A stretch of DNA of 64,000 bases, from positions 248,001 to 312,000 of the forward strand of contig CBFFRQ010000079.1 in NCBI GenBank assembly GCA_965644315.1, in the 5' to 3' direction. Both the position numbers and the translations under genes were made by a program. The notes below the pieces were generated by a model. That model saw nothing but the letters and a program-made list of their open reading frames with translations. It made no database searches and was not told where the DNA came from. The DNA is from Caecitellus pseudoparvulus. Taxonomy: Eukaryota > Protista > Bigyra: Bicosoecida. Position 1 is the stretch's first letter. Each line of letters starts with the position of its first letter. Shown piece after piece: positions 54,510 to 64,000 of the stretch.

Positions 54510-55109
54510 ATGGCGCATTCCGCAGCAGCCGACAAGGAGCTGTCTGGCGGGGGCACCCACATCGCCCTCACACACGAGCCCATCGATGTTGGAGGCCTGC
54601 TCTCTCGCTGCACTGCTCCAGAGTGCGGCGCTGTCAGTTCATTCCTGGGCACGACGCGGAATTCCTTCCACGGGCGACCCGTGACCACCCTGCGCTACAC
54701 CGCCTATGAGAGCATGGCACTGAAGGAGCTGGCCAAGGTGGTGCAGAGCGCCCGAGAAGGGGCGCTGGCACTGCCACAGCAGCCCCACGGCAGCAACGCC
54801 CTGCACCACGTGGCTGTGGAGCACCGACTGGGGGAGGTGCCTGTGGGGGAGGTATCCGTGGCCATCGTCGTATCGTCGCCCCACCGCGCCGCAAGCCTGT
54901 GGGCCGTGCAGCACATCATCGACACGCTCAAGGCGCGCGTACCAGTGTGGAAGCAGGAGTTCTTCCAGGGCGAGGCGCAGGGCACGTGGAAGAGCAACGC
55001 TGAGTGTGGCTGTAGTGCTCGAGGGGCTGGGCCGCCGCTGGTGCGTGGCTGCGCCCGCTCACCTCAGGAGCCTGACACGGCCTTGGAGGCGCCGGTGGAG
55101 CACAAGTGA
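54510..55109 (+). CDS. MOCS2B: Molybdopterin synthase catalytic subunit (MoaE-like)
   Basis: CGAVSSFLGTTRN, LRYTAYESMA, HRLGEVPVGE.SV.I.VSSPHR and IDTLKARVPVWKQE. Confidence 0.93.
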   Translation: MAHSAAADKELSGGGTHIALTHEPIDVGGLLSRCTAPECGAVSSFLGTTRNSFHGRPVTTLRYTAYESMALKELAKVVQSAREGALALPQQPHGSNALHHVAVEHRLGEVPVGEVSVAIVVSSPHRAASLWAVQHIIDTLKARVPVWKQEFFQGEAQGTWKSNAECGCSARGAGPPLVRGCARSPQEPDTALEAPVEHK

Positions 55110-56313
55110 CGCAGGACGCAGTCGTAGCATTGGGGCTTCCCTGCCTTGCACACCTTCCTGCCATCTGCGTGGGGGAGGGGGCAGTGGGAGGGGGTGTTGC
55201 TTGGGGCGCGTGGCGTGTCGCTGTGCGATGCACGCACGGTCGATGAGGAGGATGTGCAGTGGGTACTTGATGCTGTCAGGCAGCGTTGCGTTCAAGTGGG
55301 TGTATGTGGTCTCCCTCGTCACCGGAGGCCACGCCAGGTCCAATGCACCGTCCACCGCCTTCCCTTCATGCTCGCCTGCGGCATGCTTGGAGGCTGACTG
55401 GTCGCAGCCGGTGTCAGGCACACTGGGGCCTGAGGCAGCTGCTGCCGCGCGCCGAGGGCGTTTCGCAGGGGGGAGACTGGGAGCAGGGTCGGGGCATGGC
55501 GGGCCGGCTGGTGTGCCGGTGTGCATGGGGGGCGAGGGGGGGACGGCAGCAGCACCTGGCGAATGCTTGGCCAGGTCGGCTGTCACTGCGGCGCGAACCG
55601 CCGCGTCGCCCGCTGGAGCTGCACGCCGGACGGCGTTGATGAGCGGCACACGGGGCGTCCACCCCAGGCGACCGGCTATGCGGTGAATGTGCGTGTCCAC
55701 TGCAAAGTCGGGGCGCTGCAGTTCAAAGAGCAGGACGCAGGAGATGGTTTTGGGCCCCACGCCTTTGAACCGCGACAACTCCGCCTTGATGGCAGCAGAG
55801 GGGGCCGACCTGAGGTGTTCCAGGGACACCTCCCCCCGTTCTTCCCGAATTGTGTGCAGCATGGCTTGGATGCGCGCTGTCTTGGAGGCTGCGAGCCCCC
55901 CACACCGAATGGCGTCCTGCACCGCTGCAGGCTCGGCGGCTGCGACGGCTTCCCAGGTTGGGAAGGCAGCCTTCAAGCGGCTGAAGGCCCGGCTGGAATT
56001 CACATTCGTCGTGTTTTGTGATAGGATCGTCTTTACCACTGCGTCCAGCACGCTTCGACTTCTGTGCCGGGCGGTGAGGGCCGATGACGTGGTGGGCTGC
56101 GTCGCAACTTCCGCAGCGGCACGGAGCTCACACTGCCGCTGGCTTCTTCTCGCCGTACTCGGCTGACAGCAGGCGGGTGACTTCAAGGGCTTCGGCTGGG
56201 GATGGGCGGGTGTAGTGCTGGAAGGGGGTGGGCTCGTCATACGTGAAGCCAGGAGGGCCGGGCTGCGTCTGGCACAAATCCTCCACATCAGGCACTGGCG
56301 GCCCAGCTGCCAT
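55064..56313 (-). CDS. HhH-GPD DNA glycosylase (endonuclease III/DEMETER-like catalytic domain) with a 4Fe-4S motif, 3 exons
   Basis: VLDAVVKTILSQNT, IRCGGLA..K, HhH motif LSRFKGVGPKT, FAVDTHIHRI. Splicing the last intron gives HGRKVCKAGKPQCYDCVLRHLC (C-X6-C-X2-C-X5-C). Stop at 55064-55066. Confidence 0.85.
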
Positions 56314-56494
56314 TGCGTATGGGGTGTGTCGTGCGCAGCAGGTCATGCGGGCTTGGCAAAAGCCACGTGGGGACCTTACTCAGATGCGGCGGACTGAAAA
56401 TTGACGTTCTCCCTCTTGCAGGCTGGACACCGCCTGTTCAAGGCTGCAGTGCCGAGTTTGACGAGAGCGAGCCAGAGAGTTTGGGCACACAGCC

Positions 56495-58752
56495 ATGCCA
56501 CGCCGCCACGGCCACAAGAAGGGGCGGGCACCCGCACACACCCTGGCAGACGGTGAAGACATCAGAGATGACATTGAGAAACATGCTGATGAGCGAGCAG
56601 TGCGCATGGTTGGAGGGCAGGGTGCGTGGCTGTGCCTGTTCGGAGCGGGAGTGAAACGCCGTGAACACCACGCCCCGCACGCCCCCCGCTGCCCGCGCTT
56701 GCAGGTGACGACAGCAGCAGCGATGACAGCGCAGGAGAGGAAGTGGTCATGGACATGGCCGAGCCAGCGACGTCTGACTCCGACTCTGACACAGACTACG
56801 ACTGGGACAATGACCCTGAAGGGCGCCTTGGTCTTGGCCCGGCCCTGAAACGCCGAGGGCGGCACAGCGACGACGAGGAGGAGGACGACGACGCCAAGCA
56901 GCGCGACATTGACAACATTGCCAAGGCGTGGGGGAAGAAGCGCTCAGCGTACTACCAGGAGGGCGACGTGTTGGACGAGGCAGTGGACTCGGAGGAGGAG
57001 GCCGAAGTGGCAGCGGCGGAGGAGGCAGAGGCGAAGCGCTTGGCGGCGCAGCACTTGTCCAGCTTGCAGGAGGCCGACTTCGGCATTCCCAGCGCCGCAG
57101 CGTCCTCGAAGGGCTCTGCGAAGAAGCAGAGCAAGCGCAGCAGCAAGCGCGCTGGCGGCGTGGAGAAGGTGTCTCGCCGCACAGGCGGACTGACACAGGC
57201 TGACAAGCTGGACCTGGTGCTGTCAGATGCGCCTGAGCTGCTGGGCGTGCTGGAGGAGCTGGGCAGCCGCGTGGAGGAGGTGCGGCACACCATCCAGCCC
57301 ATCCTGCAGGCTGTGCGGGAGGGCGGCCTGGCCACCACGGGCGGCGTCGCATACCTGGAGGTGCGGCACCAGCTGCTCCTGGCGTACGTGTCCCACTTGG
57401 CGTTCTACCTCATGCTCAAGGCAGAGGGGGCGCCTGTGCGGCACCACCCCGTCATGGCGCGCCTCGTGCGCATCCGCACCATGATGGAGAAGGCACGCCC
57501 CCTGGACGCCAAGTTGAAGTTCCAGCTGGACCGCATTCTGCGCGCAGGGAGCGGCGCGCAGCAGGGCAGTGTCCTTGCGCCCAACCCCACTGCCATGCTG
57601 GCCCACGGCGACGACGGCGCGTCCAGCGACAGCTCCCAGAGCGACGCTGCCAGCTCCGTGTCCGATGCTGAGCCTGGCGCCAGCGACGGCGAGGAGGTCA
57701 CTGGCACGTACAAGCCGCTGAAGCGCACCGCTGTCATGTACGACGGCGAGGAGGGTGCTGAGGGCGCCCGGGCGGCCCGCAACGCCGCTCGTCAGCGGCA
57801 GAAGCTGCTGGCGTCGCGCCTGTACGCCGACCTGCGCAGCGAGTTCTCGGAGCGCCCTGAGGAGCAGATGGTGGAGGGCGCGCGGGGCCTGGCGGCGCGG
57901 GGCGCTGGCCTGGGGCAGGACGTGGGCGGCGAGCTGGACGCCAAGCTGGCCAAGCTGCAGGCTGCCCGGGAGGCGGCGGAGGAGGAGAACTTCTCGCGCC
58001 TGCAGGAGAGCAAGGAGGAGCGACGCTTGCGCAAGGCTCGGGACCGGGCCCGGGCACGCACGGCAGCGCTGGGCGACGTGGAGGACTTCGCGACGCTGCA
58101 GTCAGACTTGGGCTCCACCGCTGGCAAGGCGGCGGCGCTGCCGGGGGCCAAGTTCGGCGCGCCCACCCTGGACTGGCAGGCCGCCAGCGCCAGCTCCCTG
58201 TCCACGAAGCAGGGCGGGCGCAGCCTGTCGGAGTACATGTCCCAGGTGGCGGCGGCAGCTGCAGGGGGCGGCACGGCCCTGGGCGGCATCGCACGCAAGC
58301 GCAGGCGGGGTGAGCTGCCGGGGGCGGATGCCGGGACCAAGCGGTCGCGCGGCGCCTCTGAGGAGGATGTGGGGGGCGCTGCATTCGACGAAGCCGAGTT
58401 GGAGGCTATGCTGGAGGCAGGGCACGCCTCTGCCGCGCGCAAGAGCGCTGCCAAGACTTCCCGTGGGCAGGCCCGTGTGGACGCCTTGCGTGCTGCGGCG
58501 GCTGCTGCGGACAGCGACGAGGAGGCGGAGAGCAAGCGCCTGGTGACGAGGGACATCATGAAGAACCGCGGCCTGACCAAGTACCGCAAGAAGAGTGCCC
58601 GCAACCCCCGTGTGGCGTACCGCGAAAAGGCGGACAAGCGCTCGAAGCGGTACAAGAACCAGGTCGCACCCATGCGCACAGCAGAAGCGGGCAGGTACGC
58701 TGGCGAGGCGACTGGCATCCGCGCGTCCATCTCTCGCTCCACGAAGCTGTAG
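56495..58752 (+). CDS. UTP3: SAS10/UTP3 SSU processome protein with an NGDN/Lcp5-like central region; exons 56495-56621 and 56705-58752
   Basis: WGKKRSAYY, APELLGVLEEL, Sas10/Utp3 domain YLEVRHQLLLAY..FYL.LKA..HPV, and C-terminal Sas10 domain IMKNRGLT.YRKK..RNPRV..Y.GE.TGI...ISRS.KL. Confidence 0.88.
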
Positions 58753-58766
58753 GAAATGCACGCAAC

Positions 58767-61214
58767 TTAGCACAGCTTGCGCAACGAGCGCAGCGGGGCC
58801 TGCCCAGACATGGCGCTCTGCACGTCGCCGTGCACAGGCACAGCTGCTGACGCGTCAGCCACGCTGCCATGGGGTGGCCGGCTTGACGAGCGGCAACTGC
58901 GTAGGGGGGCATGCCGCAGCCGCTGCTTCAACAAGCGCCTGGACACTGGGCCGTACACCTCGCCAGATGGCTGGGCGCCGCAACTGGAGGCACTGGCTCT
59001 GGCGCTGTGCAAAAGGTGAGACGAGGCGGTTGCCGTGTTGACGTGCACGTCTTCGTTGCCGCGCACTGACAGCCCCCTTGAGGGGGGAGCTAGCAGTTGG
59101 GCCTGCTGCAAGTGGGCTGTCCACGTCGTGTGCACAGTCTGCCGGTCGGCGGCGGCTTTGCCCATGTCAGACGTCGAGCTGTGAGCCCCCCCCTGCCAGA
59201 GCTGCGACCTGTAGAAGCGGCCCGTGGAGCTGCTATGTGATCTGCTGGTTTGACGCAGCAGCGGCATGCTGAGCGAGCTGCCTTGCGGTCCATGGAAGGT
59301 GCCTCTTACAGTGCCTGCAGCCAACCTTGCTTGTGTCGGGGTTGCGGTAGACACGCTGTCCATGCGCTGGAGAGCATTGCCGACTCGGAACGCGTTCGCT
59401 TTCAGCACATTGTCCATGGCAATGGCAGTTCCAGGCCGTTGGGACTCGAAACGACTCTCACGGTTGCCTGCTGAAGAAGCGGGGGATGCCGTGCTGTTTG
59501 GCAGGAGGCTTGAGCGCAGTGCGAGCGAGAGGCGTGCTTCTTGAAGTGGCAGGATGCGCCCGATGCTCTGGTCGGGGCCTGCGCTGTGCGGCCGGCCGCA
59601 GGCTTCAGTAGCGAGCCTCCGCCGTGTGCTGATGCTCATGCCCTTCCCGATGCTCGCTGCCAATCGTGCGCGGGCTCGTCGTGCGGCTTCTGCGCGCAGA
59701 ATGACTGCCTTGGGCTCCACGAAGGCGTCCATGTCTCCATCCAGAGGTGCCTGCACCCGATCGCAATCAACACGCGTCCCAGTCAACGCCACTGGCAACG
59801 GAGAGGAAGCAGCGCCGAAAGTCACCCCGGACAGCAGAGGGTGCCCTTCCCACCGCCCGGGCGCATCAGCCTCGGCTTCAGATGGCGCTCCGCGGGCACC
59901 AGAGCCATCCGGCGCAGTGCCTGCGAAAGCGCGTGAGCCCGGACGCAGCACGGGGCTAGGGCGGGGTGCCTGTGTGGCAACTCCGCCAGCTTTCCCCGGC
60001 TGCGATGCCCACGCACTGCTCGGCTCTGCAGCAGTAGAGGAAGCACCGGGCAAGGTTTGGGTGCGGCTTGTTTGCAAGAGTGTGGTGGCTGGCAACGCCC
60101 CAGGCGCCGGCACGTGCATGGAGGTACGGGGTCCACCCGTGAACGCAGCATGGCGGTGCAGAAGAGGCACACACGAAAGCCCTACACTTGAAAACCTCTG
60201 CAGTAGCCCCCACGTCTTCTCGAGGAATGCCAAGGTGAGGCGCCAGGGCACAGAGTGAGGCGGCTGGAGTCCGCACTGCACCCCGAATGCCATGCCTGCA
60301 GAGAACGCGACGGTGCCCTGTCGGGAGCTGGTGGCAAGGGGGGTGTATGTGGGCATGCGAGAGGCTATGCTGCCGTCCAGAATCCTCCATCGCGTCAGTC
60401 CACGTGCGATGAAGGTGGCTGCTGCACCTGGGCACTGGTGGCGGCCTGCGGAAGACAGCGATGCCAGCTCTTCATCGCGCCGCCCCACCTCCAATCCTCG
60501 TGGCCTGTGCACGGAGGAGCTCGAGGAGACACGGTCCTCTCCTGTTCTTGTGTGTTCGACCTTGTCCCACCTCTGCAAGCCGACGCTCATGCTGGATTCC
60601 CAGGACTGGTTCCGAGAGTTGAACGCCAGGCAGTCCCCCGTGGCCCAATCCAGAAAAACGCCCACGCCGTCGCCCGCATCTGGCTGTGGGGGCATGGTGT
60701 CGCTGACGTCTCGCAGGAAGCTGCCCGCACCGCCCCCGTTCAAGACGTGCAGGCGCTTGCCCCCGGATGCCAGCACGTGCGCCAGGCTTGGCGCGCCACT
60801 GCCCAGCGCCAGGAGCGGCTTGCCAAACTGCAAGCACTGCCTGATGAGAGCGGTGACTTGCACGTTGTAGCTTGCCCAGGGGATGTCTAGCTCTTTGCTG
60901 CCGTGTACGCACACCAAGTCCACGGCATTGAAGCGCTGGATGGAGCGCGGGTCGGGGAATCCCAACGGTACGTCGTACAGCAAGTGCGCGAGGCCTTGGC
61001 GGTCGCAGCGAGAGATGGAAAACCCCCCTCTCGGCACTCCAGCCGCAAGGAGAAGGCTGGCTATGAGGGGCTCGGCGGACTTCCGCTTGGTCTTAGCGTG
61101 GTCGTGAAAATCTGGCGTGACAGGCTGACCACTTGCATGCCAGCTCGCGTCTTTCTTGTTTGAGTCTGGTAGCAGTGCAGACTTGGATCCCAACTCGACC
61201 AGCACTACCTTCAT
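58767..61214 (-). CDS. Hypothetical protein, N-terminal region resembling a degenerate class I glutamine amidotransferase fold
   Basis: 815-aa ORF. DLVCVHGS...PW...LIRQCLQFGKPLLALGSGA resembles the GATase nucleophile elbow but lacks the catalytic Cys. C-terminal half is low complexity. Confidence 0.5.
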   Translation of the reverse strand: MKVVLVELGSKSALLPDSNKKDASWHASGQPVTPDFHDHAKTKRKSAEPLIASLLLAAGVPRGGFSISRCDRQGLAHLLYDVPLGFPDPRSIQRFNAVDLVCVHGSKELDIPWASYNVQVTALIRQCLQFGKPLLALGSGAPSLAHVLASGGKRLHVLNGGGAGSFLRDVSDTMPPQPDAGDGVGVFLDWATGDCLAFNSRNQSWESSMSVGLQRWDKVEHTRTGEDRVSSSSSVHRPRGLEVGRRDEELASLSSAGRHQCPGAAATFIARGLTRWRILDGSIASRMPTYTPLATSSRQGTVAFSAGMAFGVQCGLQPPHSVPWRLTLAFLEKTWGLLQRFSSVGLSCVPLLHRHAAFTGGPRTSMHVPAPGALPATTLLQTSRTQTLPGASSTAAEPSSAWASQPGKAGGVATQAPRPSPVLRPGSRAFAGTAPDGSGARGAPSEAEADAPGRWEGHPLLSGVTFGAASSPLPVALTGTRVDCDRVQAPLDGDMDAFVEPKAVILRAEAARRARARLAASIGKGMSISTRRRLATEACGRPHSAGPDQSIGRILPLQEARLSLALRSSLLPNSTASPASSAGNRESRFESQRPGTAIAMDNVLKANAFRVGNALQRMDSVSTATPTQARLAAGTVRGTFHGPQGSSLSMPLLRQTSRSHSSSTGRFYRSQLWQGGAHSSTSDMGKAAADRQTVHTTWTAHLQQAQLLAPPSRGLSVRGNEDVHVNTATASSHLLHSARASASSCGAQPSGEVYGPVSRRLLKQRLRHAPLRSCRSSSRPPHGSVADASAAVPVHGDVQSAMSGQAPLRSLRKLC

Positions 61215-61895
61215 GCTGACCGCTTACCCGCACTGTCCGCGCACAGGTGCGTCGGTAGCGCTTGATCTTTGCCCCTTCAGCTGCCCGCTGTGACTCGGGG
61301 TTCGATTTCCGCAAGCCGCAAGCGGGGGCTGGTGCAGTCCTTGGGGGTTGAGGAAGGATTCTTCCAGTGCCCACGTGGCGTCCTTGTCAAGGCGGTTCAA
61401 ACCAGGATCAGTATTTGTAGAGGGAGGCCTGCTGCTTCATTGGGAGTGCTTCTCGGCTTGCTCCTTTTTGCTGAGAGGAGGAGTTCATCCTCATTCTTCG
61501 TATTGTTTTCCGCACCAGTGGTCAGAATGGGGTAACAGCAGCCCAATTTAGCACCCTTACTTAAATTCACACCGAACAGCGGCCCGAGATGTCCGCGCTC
61601 GGTGCATTTGGCGGGCTCTGACAGATCGGGAAGCCGACGCGTGCTGCGGAAATTGCAGCGACAGGCCAAAGGCCAGGATCGGAGGAATGCAGCAGCGACA
61701 CAAAATACGAAACCTTTCCATGTGCACAATTCTGCACAGGGATGTCAAGGGTGGGTGCTTTTCCCTCCTTTGCGAAGCGCCAGGTCAACTTGCTGCTTCG
61801 TGGCGTGTTGGTAGCAGCCCCGCGCGCGCCACCATCGACCACTCTGCAGAGCCGCAGCAGGCAGTGCAGGACTCGCTGACGAAGAAGCTACAACC

Positions 61896-64000
61896 ATGGC
61901 AGCAACTGCCGAAAGCAAGGCGGCACAGCAGCTGAGCCGCGTGGCTGCCGTGCGCAGCTTTCCGCCTCCCCTGCCCCATGGCATGGAGAGCATGAGGGGC
62001 CCCGGGTTTACGAATTGTGAGTGGCTGTGGGGAGGTTGCCGAGTGTCGCGAGTGTCGTGCATGCCGCGCACACGAGTCTTGTGAAGCAGCCTGTCGTGGC
62101 GTGCCACAGCCGCGCCGCGGCGGGCGTGCTTGCATGCGGGAATTGCAGGCGCGGCATGGCGTTGCACTTCCACAGCACACACGCCCGCCCTCCTCCTCCC
62201 GCCGCGCAGGGGTGATCAAAGGCCACGTGCTGATGGGTCCACACCCAGGGCAGTCCACCACCGCCCTGGTGAAGAACATGGACGGCCTGCTGCGTGCAGG
62301 CGTGACCACCTTTGCCTCCCTGCAGCATGAGATGCCTGGCCTGCTGGTGACGGGCACAGCGCACACGGACGCCGGCACCATGTCGGCGCGCTCCCGCCGC
62401 TCCTATGGCCAGCGCAACGTGCACACGGCCCGCAACTACATGGGCGAGGCGCAGCACATGCTGGACACGGGCTCCTTCCCCAACAGCGGCCAAGGCCTGC
62501 ACCTGTCCTTCGTGCACCTTCCAATTTCCGAGGGGGACGGCGCGACGGGCTCCGACGCCGCTGTGAAGGACTTCACCCTGCAGCTGCTCAAGTACGTCAA
62601 GGCAGGCGAGGTGCTGTACCTGCAGTGTGGCGACGGCAACGGGCGCTCAGGCACCATCGCCGCCCTGCTGCTGGGGCTGGTGTATGGCCTGTCTTCCTCC
62701 GAAGCCATCGACGCCGCGCAGCGCTACCGCAGTGACCGGGCGGGTGCCGGTGGAAACGCGCCCGAAACGCACGAGCAGAAGATGCAGGTGCACCGGTTGC
62801 TGAAGGACAGCGCCTTCCGGCAGGCTGCCATCTCTGCCGTGGCTGGGGAGGCGCCCAGCCAGGAAGAGACGGTATCAGCTGACCTGCAGGGCGTGTACCT
62901 GAAGCTGCGCAAGGCACTGCAGCGCCTGGGGTACAACGCCCTGCTGCTGCTGCGCAACTTCGTCGGCGCCAACACGGCGGGGGAGGCGTGGGTGGGCTCC
63001 CTGCAGGCGGTCATGGACAAGCTGGTGGGCTTCCACCCCTCCCTGTACCTGACGCCCGCCGAGGCCGCCTTGCTGGGGTCCACCTCTGCCAGCCCCCCCG
63101 GCACCATCCACACGGGTGAGCTCATCAAGGGCATCCGAGGGCGCATGCCGCCCGGGCGCAGCGAGGCCGTGCACGCCGCCTTCAACAAGATGGACGTGGG
63201 CGGCACGGGCTTCATCGAGTGGAACGACATCGCCATGCTGTTCGCGCCGCGGGGGCACCCCGACGTCGTGGGCGGCAAGCGCACAGAGGAAGCTGTGCGG
63301 GCCGACTTCTTGAACACGTTTGGCCACGGCGAGACGTTCGGAGACCTGCCCACGGCGGCCGGCGCCGCGGCCAAGCGCTCCGTGCACGTGACGTCCTTCG
63401 AGGATTACTGGGCGCACGTGTCTGCCTCCATCGAAGACGACGCGACGTTCAAGATGATGATGTGGAACGTGTGGCCTGTGCGCGGAAAGGGCACCCATGC
63501 CGACCCCATCGGGCGCCAGTCCCCCGCCCGCACCACCACCGGCCCCGCAGGCACGGCGGCCACCGAGCATGGCTACACCTTCACCGCGGTGGGGTCGCTG
63601 GACGACCTGTGCAAGGAGCTGTGCGCTGCGGCGGCCAAGGCGTCCGACATGGCTGTGTCTGGCCTGCTGCAGGCGCTGGCGGGGCAGGCCCTGCCTGGCA
63701 CCAGCGCCGTGGACGAGGCGGGTTTCCAGGCTGCTGTGCGGGAGGTGGGCGTCGCGCCCAGCGCCATGTCTGACACCCGCCTGCACTTCCTCTTCTCCCA
63801 AGCCCTGACCGAGCAGGGCGGCGGCGGCGGCGCGCTGGACGTAGCTGCCTTCCACAAGCGCCTGCGCGGGCGGCTGCCCGAGGGCCGCCGCCGCCTGGTG
63901 CTGGCAGCCTTTGAGCGCCTGACGCAGATCGCGGGGGGCTCCGCGGGCGTGCAGGGCGCCGTACCGGCACAAGTGATCGTGGGCGAGTTCAACGCCGCCA
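61896..64000 (+). CDS. Dual-specificity/PTP-like phosphatase fused to calcyphosin-like EF-hand domains (3' incomplete); exons 61896-62016 and 62210 onward
   Basis: Spliced NWVIKGHVLMG, LLRAGVTTFASLQ, FVHLPISE, CX5R loop LYLQCGDGNGRSGT and PETHEQ. Then IRGRMPPGR..VHAAFNKMDVGGTGFIE, HPDVVGGKRTEE.V..DFLNTF and FEDYWAHVSASIEDDATFKMMMWNVW. Absent from the ORF track because no stop lies inside the window. Confidence 0.8.

Noticed and set aside
61448-61480. U2 snRNA-like start (GCTTCTCGGC..CCTTTT.GCT.AGA)
   Set aside because: It lacks the GTGTAGTA branch-site pairing sequence and a downstream Sm site.
62017-62209. 193-nt intron with a 10-bp inverted repeat (62060-62069 and 62149-62158) as a MITE, introner or ncRNA
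   Set aside because: The repeat is internal, GC-rich and short, with no second copy, target-site duplication or snoRNA boxes seen.

Overview
Gene-dense, GC-rich eukaryotic nuclear DNA, with no prokaryotic operon, CRISPR array or recognisable transposon. It holds about 27 protein-coding genes with short GT-AG introns (mostly 60-100 nt, donors GTGCGT/GTGAGT) and very short or overlapping intergenic gaps. Ciliary genes (DAW1/ODA16, a SHIPPO-type repeat protein, calcyphosin-like EF-hands) indicate a flagellated protist; a stramenopile-like heterotroph is an inference only. Recognised genes include SIN3 (3' part), a kinase-less Mad3/BubR1-type checkpoint protein, DAW1, golgin-84, an ER-targeted p23/CS protein, PRUNE/PPX1, a kelch protein, two CTL/SLC44 paralogs, a giant class I PI3K, SUMF1, three ankyrin paralogs, TSR1, MOCS2A/MOCS2B, an HhH-GPD glycosylase, SAS10/UTP3 and a phosphatase-calcyphosin fusion. 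Most notable observations: (1) a tandem array of intronless 38-aa ankyrin-repeat genes with hypervariable binding-face residues and visible module shuffling; (2) three compact intronic box C/D snoRNA candidates with co-varied non-canonical boxes in a DAW1 intron; (3) MOCS2A and MOCS2B in frame as TGA-GGC-ATG, apparently bicistronic; (4) an 8-copy ABBA-motif array in the checkpoint protein; (5) a recurrent AATGCA 3'-end motif, used as the palindrome AATGCATT at two convergent junctions; (6) a Sas10/Lcp5(NGDN) hybrid protein. Exon boundaries were read by eye and family assignments come from remembered motifs, not database searches.
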